Shown here piece after piece: positions 36,921-48,645 of a DNA stretch of 64,000 nt. The stretch lies in NCBI RefSeq assembly GCF_001194135.2, contig NC_068982.1:96590734-96654733 (forward strand), read 5' to 3'. The position numbers and the translations under genes were made by a program. The stretch's first letter is position 1, and every line of letters begins with the position of its first letter. Under the pieces are notes generated by a model. The model ran no database searches. It was not told where the DNA came from and was given only the letters and a program-made list of their open reading frames with translations. This DNA comes from Octopus bimaculoides. Lineage: Eukaryota.

Positions 36921-39900
36921 AACCATTGAAATGACTTCCTTAATATCAAAGGGAATATTATTAACAGGGTCCCTCCTTACTCAACTGGAGCTCATAATTG
37001 CCAACTCTATGGGAGTAAAATTAACAAGCAAACTTTTATATATGAGTGTGTATGTGTGTCAGTCTATTAAATACCAGACACAAAGTATTGGTCAACATGA
37101 GGCTACAGTAGAAAACGCTTATTCAAGGTGCTCAGAACTATATGGTTTGTAAAGCAAACATCTTAACCATACCTCAATGCTGTCATTACATTAGCTTCCC
37201 TGTGTCATTTCATTGCTACCTTTATTCTACTTCATTTGATATCTTTGTGTGGTAGTTTGCTTATATAAAGCTAACCAGAACCACACACCAGCATTCTACC
37301 ACATTCAATATATGTACACATGCTACAAAGATATCAGTAGAGAAACATATCGTATTCAATTATAAGCATAGATCAAATAAGAAGGGATATTTATTACTAC
37401 TGCTGAGACTATTTTAATAAATATAATTATATGATATTTTTGTGTGTTTTTAAATTAATGCTTTGCCATTAGACACATCATCATTTAACATCTATTTTCC
37501 ATGCTAGCATGAGTTGGACAGCTTGACAGGATCTGGCAACCCTCAAGGCTGAGCCAAATTCCAGTTCTATAACCAGATGCCCTTCCTAATGCCAAATACT
37601 GGTAATGTTTCTTTTTTTCATAAATCATTTTTATTTATTATTCTTTTATTTGTTTCAATCATTTGACTGCAGCCATGCTGGAGCACCACCTTCAGTCAAA
37701 CAAATTGACCCCAGGATTTATTCTTTATAAGCTTTGTACTTATCCTATCAGTCTCTTTTGCTGAACCACTATGTTATGGGGACGTAAACACACCAGCATT
37801 GGTTGTCAAGTGATGGTGGTGGGACAAACAGAGACACACAAACATACACACACATATATATATGATGGGCTTCTTTCAGTTTCCATCTACCAAATCCACT
37901 CACAAGGCTTTGATCGGCCTAAGGCTATAGTAGAAGACACTTACCCAAGGTGCCATGCAGTGGGACTGAATCCGGAACCATGTGGGTTGGTAAGCAAGCT
38001 ACTTACCAGACAGTCACTCTTATGCGTTAGTAACTTAAAATTAAGGGGAACAGTGAAAGATTTGAATTTTTGCTAATTTGGTGGTAAAAGTTCAAATTCA
38101 GGTGAATAAAAGAAATTTTTGATCAAATTACTCCAACATTAAGAACAATGAAAGAAAAAAACGAGACACCTTATATTCCATTTATTTACAGATCTGCAGG
38201 AAAAAAAAACAAAATTTTATTCTCATATATTGCAATGATGAGTCCAAGTCTTTCTTTAGGTTTGTAGGTATTGTACTATGTATCATTCATTAGGTCTGTA
38301 AGTATTATATCTTATATCATGCTCAACCATTGCGTCTAAGCAGTTCTATTGTGAATATGCCTCAATGTTAAAAAATAAATCTTGAAATATGACATTATCA
38401 TTATTATAGATAGATGCTTGATTTTTATTGCGTTTATGATTACTAGTTAACTTATGCTGTAAATCTGTTCTGGCTTCCCAATGCTATTTAGGTATAACCA
38501 GACACCTGCCAGTAACTGGGTTGTATATATTGATCAAGATACTTGCAGAAAATAAGATGTATAGATTCATATGGGACAAACTGCATTAAATGACAGAAAA
38601 AATAACTTTGGAACCATATGTTTGAAATCTGATATCATTTTTGTTGAGTTGATTAAACAACTGCCTCGTTTTTTGAAAACAGAAGTAACTAGAATAATGC
38701 TCTCTAACATCGTTATAATGCCAGAGATTTGGTAGTGGTAGGGAAGTGTGTTTGTGATGATCATACCCTTCACAAGGACATTACTGACATGTGAAATGAA
38801 GCAGATGCAAACAAAAGTAATAATAATAACAGTAGTTAGCATGATTTTCATTGAATGGCAACAGACCTTTTGGCATAAAACTGAAGCATTTTACGTCATT
38901 CATTAAAACAATATTGGAAATGCTGTTTTTAGAAAATGACTCAGAAGAATTGAGATAGAGGATAAACTATTTTATGATAGTCATTAGAGAAGTGAGTGGC
39001 AGAATTGTTATACCACTGGAAAAATACCTTGAAAAATTTATATTCCTTTATGTTTAGAGTTCAAATCTTGCTACGATCAGTTTTACATTTCATCATTCTG
39101 GGGTTAATAAAATAAAGTATCAGTCAAGTACTAGGGTTAGCTTACTTAACAATACTCACCCACAACAATCTGTGGCCTTGTACCTATGTTAGAAACTACT
39201 ACTTCTACCATCATAAATATGACTGTTTCGAATCTCTGTTATTGATCAGCCATGAATATTCAAGTTGTTCTATTAAGACACTTCTGATCTCTTTCTGTCT
39301 AAATCTTATTTTCCTATACCTGATATATCATCATTAGAATATAATTCCATTATTTTTATAATTTTTTTTGTATTTAATACCTTATAGAATATCCGGTAGA
39401 TCTTTTTTCCAATACTCATTGTTACTATCCTATTTCTCACAATCAATATTTTTCTTATATAAGTTTCATAGATATGAAGAAAGTTTCTTTGTAGTTATTT
39501 TATTTCATGTATGTTATATTTTTTAAGAAATAATTATTTATGCCATACAATCTTATTTCTCCTCTGCAAAGGAGCTCCTACATGTTTGGGTCACATAATC
39601 TATTACAAATAGTAGCAGCTAAATCTCCTTCATATTACATCTTATTATCTTAAAAAAATGACTTTTTAGATAATATAGTTATAGATACACTAGATCTGGA
39701 ATACGGTCGTAGATATAGTATTTTTATTAATAAATTTGTATGATCAAGAATAACCTAAGCCTTAACAAAAATAGCAACTTGTGGCTATGTGCATATTTAA
39801 GAAATCAATAAAGCCTTCCTTTTTTCAAACCATTCAATCCTAGATTAATCCACATAAATTTTCTCTTTGATAATAACTGGAATCAGTTTTTTTCACAGCA

Positions 39901-41599
39901 AAAGTGAAATACGTAAAACTTCTCCATTATTTAAATGTGAAGATTATGACTTCAACTACAAGCTTTTTATACTCTTCTTGGGAAAAAAAAAATATTCATC
40001 ACTCATAAGTTGTCTTCAGATTAGATACCTGGTCAAAATGCTTGCAAAAGCTGGGCTCTGTTGTAGTATTAAACTAGGTGACAGTTTGTCTGCCACACAG
40101 GGACCAGTACATTTGATGGGCTTCAACAGTTTTTGTCTCTACAATTGACCCAAAGCTAACGCAGAGAGAAGACACCAACACAAAGTACTGCACAACCACA
40201 TGGTCCTAACTACATCCATTGTTATCATCAAACCTTAAAATTCTGCATGGTCAGTTTTGCCTTTCATCCATTCGGGGTTAGTAAAATAAGTACCAGTTAA
40301 ACACTGGACTTGATATAATCGACTTACCCCACTCCCCTGGGTTGCTGGCCTTGTGCTAAAATCTGAAACTATAATTATCACCAAACCTGCAGTTCTCTAA
40401 AACTCTTTCACTCTTAGTAATTAATCTATAGATTGACCTCAATTGAAAGAGTCAACAAAAATCATTGGCAATGTCATCATTCCTCAAACTAAGGTGTAAA
40501 ACTATGAAGGTTAGCAGATAACTAGTTGAAAAGTTATATAGAGAATAAGATACAAGGAACTATTCAACCAGGAGCTACAATAGAAGATACTTGCCTGGTG
40601 CTGTCTAGTGGCATCAAATATGGAACTCTATGGTTGCAAAATGAATTACTGAACTCCACACCAATGCCTTTGGCTATGAGTATAAATAGGTAATAAAATT
40701 GAGTGGACTCAACATATTAATCTAATTAAACTAAAAAGATGTTAAAAAAAGTTTCCTCCTAAATACTGGACTAAAATATAGTATTTTAGCTTGGGGAAAA
40801 TGCAAGCAAATTTGTATTAAACTTGCCTCCAGAATTTCAGAAAATGACAAGATTGGTGCACAAAACATATTAGATTGAAACACTGACAAAGAAGTTTGGC
40901 ATTTGAATACAAAGGACTTTTTTTTTTTAGCTTAAGTTCTCTTGAATTCATACATGATGAATTTGTTTTGATAAAACATTTAAGTCTATCTGAAATGCAG
41001 ACCGTCTGACCACTAAACAGAAAAGGAATGTGTTAAGTGTTCCGTGTGTTTGTCATATAAAAAACAATCTTGCCACTGACACCTTCTCTCCAAAATATGG
41101 AATGAGTTAAGTAGAAATTGCATTATCAATTTCTATACAAGTTAATCTAATGAGTAGGGGTAGTGTCAATGACCTTTGCTAACCCTGAAGATAAAATGAT
41201 AGTCTATTAATCAGCAAGTTATATTATTATTTCTCTGGAATCAGAGGAAACAGTTTATTGTTTACATCAGTAACAGCTTGTCAGTAGGAGACTAAGTGGG
41301 GAGTATAGACACCAAAATTGTTGGCCTTTTTCCTTCATTTGAGATTGAATAACTATTGTGTTATTTGGGCTGTGGATGCATATATAAATAAGAAATGGAA
41401 GTGATAGTGTTATGCAGGGATCAGGCTAAGAGAGAGAAGGTATAAAGTGAAGAAAGGAAGAAAATTATGCATTAGAGAGGGAAGATGGAAAGACACAACA
41501 CTTCAAACAACAGAAAAAAGGTGAGGTGTTTGACAGGTAGCAGAGAGACAGAGTAACTACTGTTAAAAATAAATTATTTAAGGGTAACGATGCCCTTTT

Positions 41600-42348
41600 T
41601 ATTGTAACAAAGTATTAATGAAAAGAAAAAGACATCGGAGGGACAATGCATACCCTGCACACAGATAAATTTTTTCACAAATTATAGTGTGGCTTACAAT
41701 GCATTGCTTACATGCTTTTTAATTGAACTGGATTAATTATACCATTATAGGTATTTATACCCTGGTGAAATTAAGAAACCAACTCGTAAATAAATGAAAC
41801 CCTCAAATCCATCAGTGTACACACACTCGTCTATGTGCAAAGGTACACCATGATCTATACACATGCAGACGAAGGTCAATTCATATGAAAAAGAAAGTGA
41901 ACAAAATAATATGACCACTTGCTTATCAAGAAATTTGTCAGTGCAATTTTTTGTTTTAAGTGTTACCATTATAGGTATTTATGCTCCAGTGAAATTAAGA
42001 AATCAAGTCATAAATAAATGAAGCCCTTGAATCCATCACTGTACACACAGTCGCATATATATGTACGCATGTCTCCACCATGATCTATTCACACACACAG
42101 ATAAGGGTCGATTCATATTAAAAAGAAAGTGAACAAAATAATATGACCTTGCGTATTGGGAAATTTGTAAGTTTGATTTAAAAAAAAATTTTTTAAAGAT
42201 AATCAAACCAAATGTTCATCATTTCGAGCCATTCACCCAATGAGTATTTCTGCCAAATATTGTGAAAATCTGTTCAGTAATTTTGCAGACACACAGACAA
42301 AGATGAGTGATTACAATACCCTGCTTTTGCTTATGTGTGCAGGGTTAA
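41600..42348 (+). mobile_element. Helentron-associated (HINE/DINE-1-like) non-autonomous element
   Basis: ATACCCTGC at 41650 and 42316, 3' hairpin ACCCTGC..GCAGGGT (to 42345), internal 224-bp tandem duplication. Confidence 0.55.
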
Positions 42349-43050
42349 TGAGTCTTGTTTTGTGCCCTTGCAGATACACTAGTACTGGTATTACAATAAA
42401 AGGCACCCAGTATTCACTGTAAAGTGGTTGGTGATAGGAAGAACATTCAACCTTAGAAACCATACCAAAACAGACATCTGAAATAAGATATTGTCCTCCA
42501 ACCTGTTGAATCATTCAGTCCATGCAATTATGGAAAGCAGATATAGACTGATGATGTATTTAAATAGAAATATAAGTACAGCATATTCAGCTTGTTTATT
42601 TCCACTGTAGCCAATTCTAGAACATTTGATCTTACATGAACAGCAAAGTAGAAATTATGATGGCCATCATACTGTACAGCATGCACACAACCAAATGCAG
42701 AATGATAGAGTATACAGTATAAGTATCAACTAGACTGCAGTAGAAAATGACATAGCTTAAAACATTCAACTTCCAACTTCTATGTTATGTTTGTGCAACC
42801 ATAGCTTATCAAGCTTATAAAGCAAAAACATGTTTTATCAGATCTGTTCGAAAGTGCTTGTATATGCATAGCATCATTTAACATGCATATGTGCATGTAA
42901 AATTAAGTTTCTATAATACTGCTGACATTTTAATGTCTTCTTACAATTACAATCATGCTTTAAAAAGGAGTGATTTGTTTGAAGTTTATTAAAGTATATT
43001 GAAGTATACTGCTTGGATCTGCAGTATAGTAAATAAGCATTTCTCTTGAT

Positions 43051-43206
43051 AGGCATAGGAGTGGCTGTGTGGTAAGTAGCTTGCTTACCAACCACATGGT
43101 TCAGTCCCACTGCGTGGCACCTTGGGCAAGTGTTTTCTACTATAGCCTCGGGGTGACCAAAACCTTGTGAGTGGATTTGGTAGACGGAAACTGAAAGAAG
43201 CCCGTC

Positions 43207-43238
<32 letters not shown>

Positions 43239-43455
43239 TTGTGTGTCTGTGTTTGTCACCCCACCATTGCTTGACAACCGATGCTGGTGTGTTTACGTCC
43301 CCGTAACTTAGCGGTTCAGCAAAAAGAGACCGAAAGAATAAGTACTAGGCTTACAAAGAATAAGTCCTGGTGTCGATTTTCTCGACTAAAGGCGGTGCTC
43401 CAGCATGGCCGCAGTCAAATGACTGAAACAAGTAAAAGAATAAAAGAGTAAGAGT
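43051..43455 (+). mobile_element. tRNA-derived CORE-type SINE (octopus OR2-like), best-preserved copy
   Basis: A box TGGCTGTGTGG, B box GGTTCAGTCCC, CCTTGGGCAAGT core, (TA)n/(TG)n spacer and tail. Other copies at about 183-335, 25738-25921, 37640-38015, 50225-50405, 50550-50850, 53455-53620, 53790-53950, 54350-54710. Family name is from recall. Confidence 0.8.
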
Positions 43456-46400
43456 ATAAAAAAAAATCAAAAGAATGTAGTTAATTGTGACCTGTAACTT
43501 CTCGCATGTTTTATTGTCATAATAATCTCTTGCTTAGCAGCAAAAATTCTCATAATTTTCCTTAAATCCTCACATTTCACTCATCTTTCATGTTGTGTAT
43601 ACTTCAACTCCAAGTTGGACCATCTGTTGTTCTGCCTTGAAAGTTGCAGAATTATTCTACCAATTAAAAATACAAATGTTTCTTTAGTTGTTTTGCTATC
43701 TTTGAAAAACTTGTACTTACCACTACTCTGGCAATTTCTGTATCAAAACAAAGACATAGGAAGAGTATATTCTTATAATTTCCTAAATAACATTTAGCTT
43801 TCCTTATATTTGCATTTTCAACTACTTCCAAATTCAAACTGGCAGCTAATTCTTTGGTTCTACTTCAGTTTCTGACTTAGCAGACAATTTTAATACATAA
43901 CTCTGTTCCTACTAAAATCATCAAATTACATGCTAATAAAGGAGCACCTATGTGATTCATCACTTTTTCATGTAAAAATAGCAGGCCCTATCATCATTTG
44001 TCTGTTTTCCATGCTAGCATGGGTTGAGCACCAGGCTCTACAGTTTACTTTGGCATGGTTTTTGCAGCTGGGTGCCCTTCCTTATGCCAACTACTTTACA
44101 GAATGGACTGGCTGCTTTTTATGTGGTACCAACACCAGTGAAGTCTGCTTCAGCATGGTTTGGTGGCTGGATGCCCTTCCTAATGCCAACCACTTTACAG
44201 AGCGAACTGGCTGCTTTTTAAGTGGCACCAGCACTGCACTGGCAAGGTTACTACATAACTTGCAAGACAAAGATCCTTCGACTGAGAGGGGGAGTGGTAT
44301 TGAAGGAGATGGCTTTGTGTCAGGTGACGAGAGGTTAAACTATGGTAAAGGGACAGAAATAGGTGTCTTGCTGCAGAGGAGATACATGGTTATCCCAATC
44401 AGAGTGAGAGAGAGATGGTAGAGATCTGCCAGGGCATACTCTCAAGGTACAAAATTGTGAACATAAATGGAATGGTAAAGGAGTACTCAGGGTGCATGAG
44501 TAGGGAGATCAGGAAAGTGTAAAAATGCTGACATGGATCAAGCACTCTTTTTTTCTTTATTCTTGTGTCAGCTGCAGGGTTTAGTATACATTATTCTTTA
44601 CAATTCTGACTGTTATGAGAGCTGCTTCCTCTCCACACACCCCTTGTCCTACCTGATGATAGGGTCTGTTCTCATCTTTAGTGACCCCTATGAGAATTTT
44701 GGTTATATTGCATCAAAATGGCATTTGTTGAATTTTGATCTTTGTGAATTTAATGATTGCAATATTCCTCTCAACTTGTTTTTAGCACCAAGACTCTCAC
44801 TTGATTGTTTTTTTATCTCTCAGTTGAGAGGGAAAGGCAATCCTCATAATCCCTTACAGAGCCTCCAAGACTGGAAGGAGAGGGGAAGGTATCCTCAAAC
44901 TAAAGACATGGCCTGAATGCTTTCAACAGAGTGAACTCTTCTAAAGGCACTTTGTTAAACTAGGTAATGGATTAAGTCTACCACCCAAGTAAGTGATGGC
45001 AGGATTTAACTCAGAACATAAAGAACCAGAACAAATACTACAAGGTTTTTCATCTAGTGCTTGAACATTTCTACCTATCCAAAAACCCTAGACTAATGCT
45101 TTATCAACTGCAGAAAGATGAAAGACAAAGCTCACTTCAATGGGATTTGAATTCAAAATGCAGGGTGTCAGAATAAAGAAGAATTAGGGAACCTTTTTTA
45201 AGCCGGTGATAATTGCAATAATTTGCTATCATTTTAATTCATTCTTGTTATGTGCACTGGGTTGTTTTTATAACATAGCATCTTTCTATTCATCTTCCCT
45301 GTAACATTGCACTCCAAACTTTCTAAATTTTGAGTTAGCAAGAGATGAAATCCAAGAAAAAGATTTAAAAAATTAACTCAGAATATTTTGAGGGGTTTTT
45401 TTCTTTCTTTCTTTTTTTTTTTTTTGTGATTTTGCTTGAAATTAAAAATGAATACATTTTAGGGTTTTAGAATATGTTATTGCAATGTGAAATGTTTCTA
45501 AGTGAGGTACAAGGCCAGCAACTTTGAGGGGGAGTAGGGTTAGACAATTATATTGACCCCAGAGGAATGAAAGGCAAAGGTGACCTTGGTAGGATTTGAA
45601 CTCAGAACATAAAAAGCTCGAAGAAATATGAAGGATTTTATCCAATATATAAATGATCTTGCCAATCCACCACATTCTGTTATGCCATATAATGCAACTG
45701 ATATTTATATTCATACATTAATAATCAATTTCTTCTAACTCACTGTCATTCAACTATTACAGAAATTAATGTTTTCACAAGAGTTTTTTTGTTTTTTTTT
45801 TGCTCTGCTGATATTTTAGAGATTTTGTAGTAAATCAAAATGCATTTTATGTGAATTAATGATCTCTAATGTGTTATATATTGGAGAAGGAAAAATTTGA
45901 AAGAATTTGGTTGTTCTTGATATTTGTAATATCTGATGAAATTTAACAAGAATTCGGCTCTTCTTTTACATCTAATCTGACTTGCTCTCCAGTTCTGTTA
46001 TGAACCCTCAATGTACAACCTATCAAATTCAAATGATCAATAGTTACAGTTTTTGTAGTTTTCATACTGGAACTGACCTTCAGATGTTCACCAGAACCAA
46101 TAACTTTTATTCAACTTTATGGTTTTAACATTTAATATGACAGAAAAATTTTTATTAACATTATGAATGAAGTTATTACTTCTTTTTTTTAAAGGTTTTA
46201 CCTCATCATGAAATAAATCAAGTGAAATTGCAAGGGAATATATAGATATATTCATATATATAATGTGTCAGTAAGATTTTGAGCAGTAAGTTATTTATAC
46301 CTGAGGTTTTGTTGCATGTATTATGGATGAGTGTAAAACAATAAAAAGTAAACAAACAAAAGAAACACCACAAAATCTAATTGTCAACTTGTTACACACA

Positions 46401-46635
46401 ACCTCTATACATTTTTATACAAATATATATCAAATACTGAAAATAGTTTATCAACCTCCCTCTGTATAAATGAGTGAATGAATGTTTATACTCATAAAAA
46501 TATTCTCATGTGTGATTATATACATACTTGCATATCAGATAAATACATACATTCATGTAAAATAAATAATACATAAAATAAATGTAATTATAATGTCAGA
46601 AAGTTTCTGATTCACATCTTCAACACTGGGTGATT

Positions 46636-48522
46636 TCAGTTACTCTTCATTGCTTGTTCTAACCAATCAGCTTCCACAGCAGATGAATCATCACTGTTAT
46701 TTCCTTCATCCATCTGCAGTAAACGTTGGTAACGAACTGACTTTTCACGTGGCATGTACTTTTCAATAAAGAAGAACACTATACACCATACTAAACAAAT
46801 TCCTGCAACAACACGAAAAAGGACTGCAATTCCATAACTGCCCACAACATAACCAGATGCAATACTTCCAGCAGAGAAACCAATTCCAAAATAAACAGAA
46901 GACAAAATATTACGAATAGTGCGATCAACATCAGGGCTGATATTAAAGATAGGGTTGCTGAACACAGCATACCACAGAGTGGTGTGTGTTAAAGCATGAA
47001 GCACTTCCAGAGGAAGGAAGTACCAAGGAGAATAGACAAAGCTGTAAACAAAAACTCTTATACTGCAGAAAACCATTGAAAAACACGTTGTTCCTGCTGG
47101 ACCCAAGTATCGTACCAGGTAATCTCCATAGAGTAACACTGGTATTTCTGAGAAAGTATTCACAAGTATGCATAAACCCATAATGGTTTCATTGCTTCCA
47201 ATGTCTTCAAGGTACCAGAATAAGAAATTGCTTATAGTTGAATAAACAGCACCCATTACAAAAACTGTCATCATATACACAAAACCATGACAGCCAAAAC
47301 ATGTTACTTCAATTCCTTTCCTGTGGCGTATTGCAGGAATGCACTTTTCAAATGTTGGTGAAGGAAACACAAAAGCGAAACACAATGAAATAATCAGAAA
47401 AGCAGCAAATGCAAAGCAGTGTATGAGAATATGGTTCATATGTAAAGGTAGTTGGCACTGAGTATGGTCAACTAGCACTCCAATTCCAGTAGGCACCAAG
47501 AGGAAAGCCAAAGAACTCCAAATACGGTGTGAGCCATATTTTTCAAGTATATCTAAAGAATCAAGAAGATCATACCAACAGTCATCAGAAATTTTTTCTG
47601 CAGCAGAACCAAAGATCTCTCCAATTAATATTATTGTTAATAATATAAAAAAGACTTGAGTCTGTTCATTTGCCTTTACATCCTGAATCCAAGCCTTGAA
47701 GCCTTGCCACATAAACTGCATATTCCAAGATCCATTTGTAGAATCCATTGTTGTTGATGTTTCAAGAGGATTGGTTGTAGACTGTGGCTGAACATTCCGC
47801 TTTACCCACTCCTGTGGTGCCTTGCTTACTTGCAGGTGTGTATCATCATTTTGTAGACTTCCATTTAATACAGCAGGTAATTCTTTACTTGTGCTCCAAT
47901 ATTTATTTAATTTTCCATTTTTAGACAGGGTCTCAGTTGACTGAAAGTACGAGTCTGTTTCATTAGTGGTTTCTGAATCATTTCCACTTGAAGTCTTAGA
48001 ATAAAGAGGATTTGTTACCAATGTTGAGAAATATTCTGTTATATTAAGAACAGGTTCTTGTGTCTCATTGTTTTTCATATAAATGTTTGGAAATTCAGTA
48101 GTTGATGAAAAGATTGGAGTTACATTTTGATGGGATTTTGAAGCTGATAGTGTTGCATTAGAAGCCAGCATATGCTGTTTAGCTTCTAGTAAAAGACAAT
48201 TATCTTTTAAAAATGTGTCGATAGAACCAGATACTAGCCAGATAGAAAGGTTTGTAGCTAACATCATTATTATCGAGAAAACTAAGAAGAGGCGTCTTTT
48301 TTTTAATTTTATGGAGTATTTTGTCCACACAGGAACCCAAACAAATGTTGAAAGCATTTTTGCAGCCATAAGGTAACCTGTTTGAGTGGCAGTGAGGCCA
48401 AGATGTCTGTAAAACAGAGTAAGAAAAGGAAATAGTGATGCCTTGGCCGCTGCAAAAAATAAATGGAAAACATTGAAAATAAATATAGCCCGAGGGAGGT
48501 TGATAGAGTTTGGATTATTCAT
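46636..48522 (-). CDS. MFSD6L: Major facilitator superfamily domain-containing protein 6-like, 628 aa, single-exon CDS
   Basis: Uninterrupted ORF with about 12 hydrophobic segments. N-terminus (FHL..PFLTL..R.LGL) and C-terminus (PRE...Y..LL...DWL..AM) resemble vertebrate MFSD6L. Start context accATG. Confidence 0.9.
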   Translation of the reverse strand: MNNPNSINLPRAIFIFNVFHLFFAAAKASLFPFLTLFYRHLGLTATQTGYLMAAKMLSTFVWVPVWTKYSIKLKKRRLFLVFSIIMMLATNLSIWLVSGSIDTFLKDNCLLLEAKQHMLASNATLSASKSHQNVTPIFSSTTEFPNIYMKNNETQEPVLNITEYFSTLVTNPLYSKTSSGNDSETTNETDSYFQSTETLSKNGKLNKYWSTSKELPAVLNGSLQNDDTHLQVSKAPQEWVKRNVQPQSTTNPLETSTTMDSTNGSWNMQFMWQGFKAWIQDVKANEQTQVFFILLTIILIGEIFGSAAEKISDDCWYDLLDSLDILEKYGSHRIWSSLAFLLVPTGIGVLVDHTQCQLPLHMNHILIHCFAFAAFLIISLCFAFVFPSPTFEKCIPAIRHRKGIEVTCFGCHGFVYMMTVFVMGAVYSTISNFLFWYLEDIGSNETIMGLCILVNTFSEIPVLLYGDYLVRYLGPAGTTCFSMVFCSIRVFVYSFVYSPWYFLPLEVLHALTHTTLWYAVFSNPIFNISPDVDRTIRNILSSVYFGIGFSAGSIASGYVVGSYGIAVLFRVVAGICLVWCIVFFFIEKYMPREKSVRYQRLLQMDEGNNSDDSSAVEADWLEQAMKSN

Positions 48523-48588
48523 GGTCGGTGGAGCTAATAATGCTCAAGATTCATTGGGGTGATCAGGAAATCATGGCACTGAAGATCA

Positions 48589-48645
48589 ACTGGAACCACC
48601 ATCAATTTGGATATGCAAAAAAGAAACAAAAGAAAAAAAAATCAG
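48589..48645 (-). other. Splice acceptor in the MFSD6L 5' UTR
   Basis: Minus-strand pyrimidine tract (plus-strand A-run at about 48617-48641), then an AG-free stretch, then ttccag with AG at 48591-48590. Implies an upstream non-coding exon that I could not place. Confidence 0.6.

Noticed and set aside
46943-47183. Short ORFs overlapping MFSD6L
   Set aside because: Alternative or antisense frames of a coding region with no independent support.
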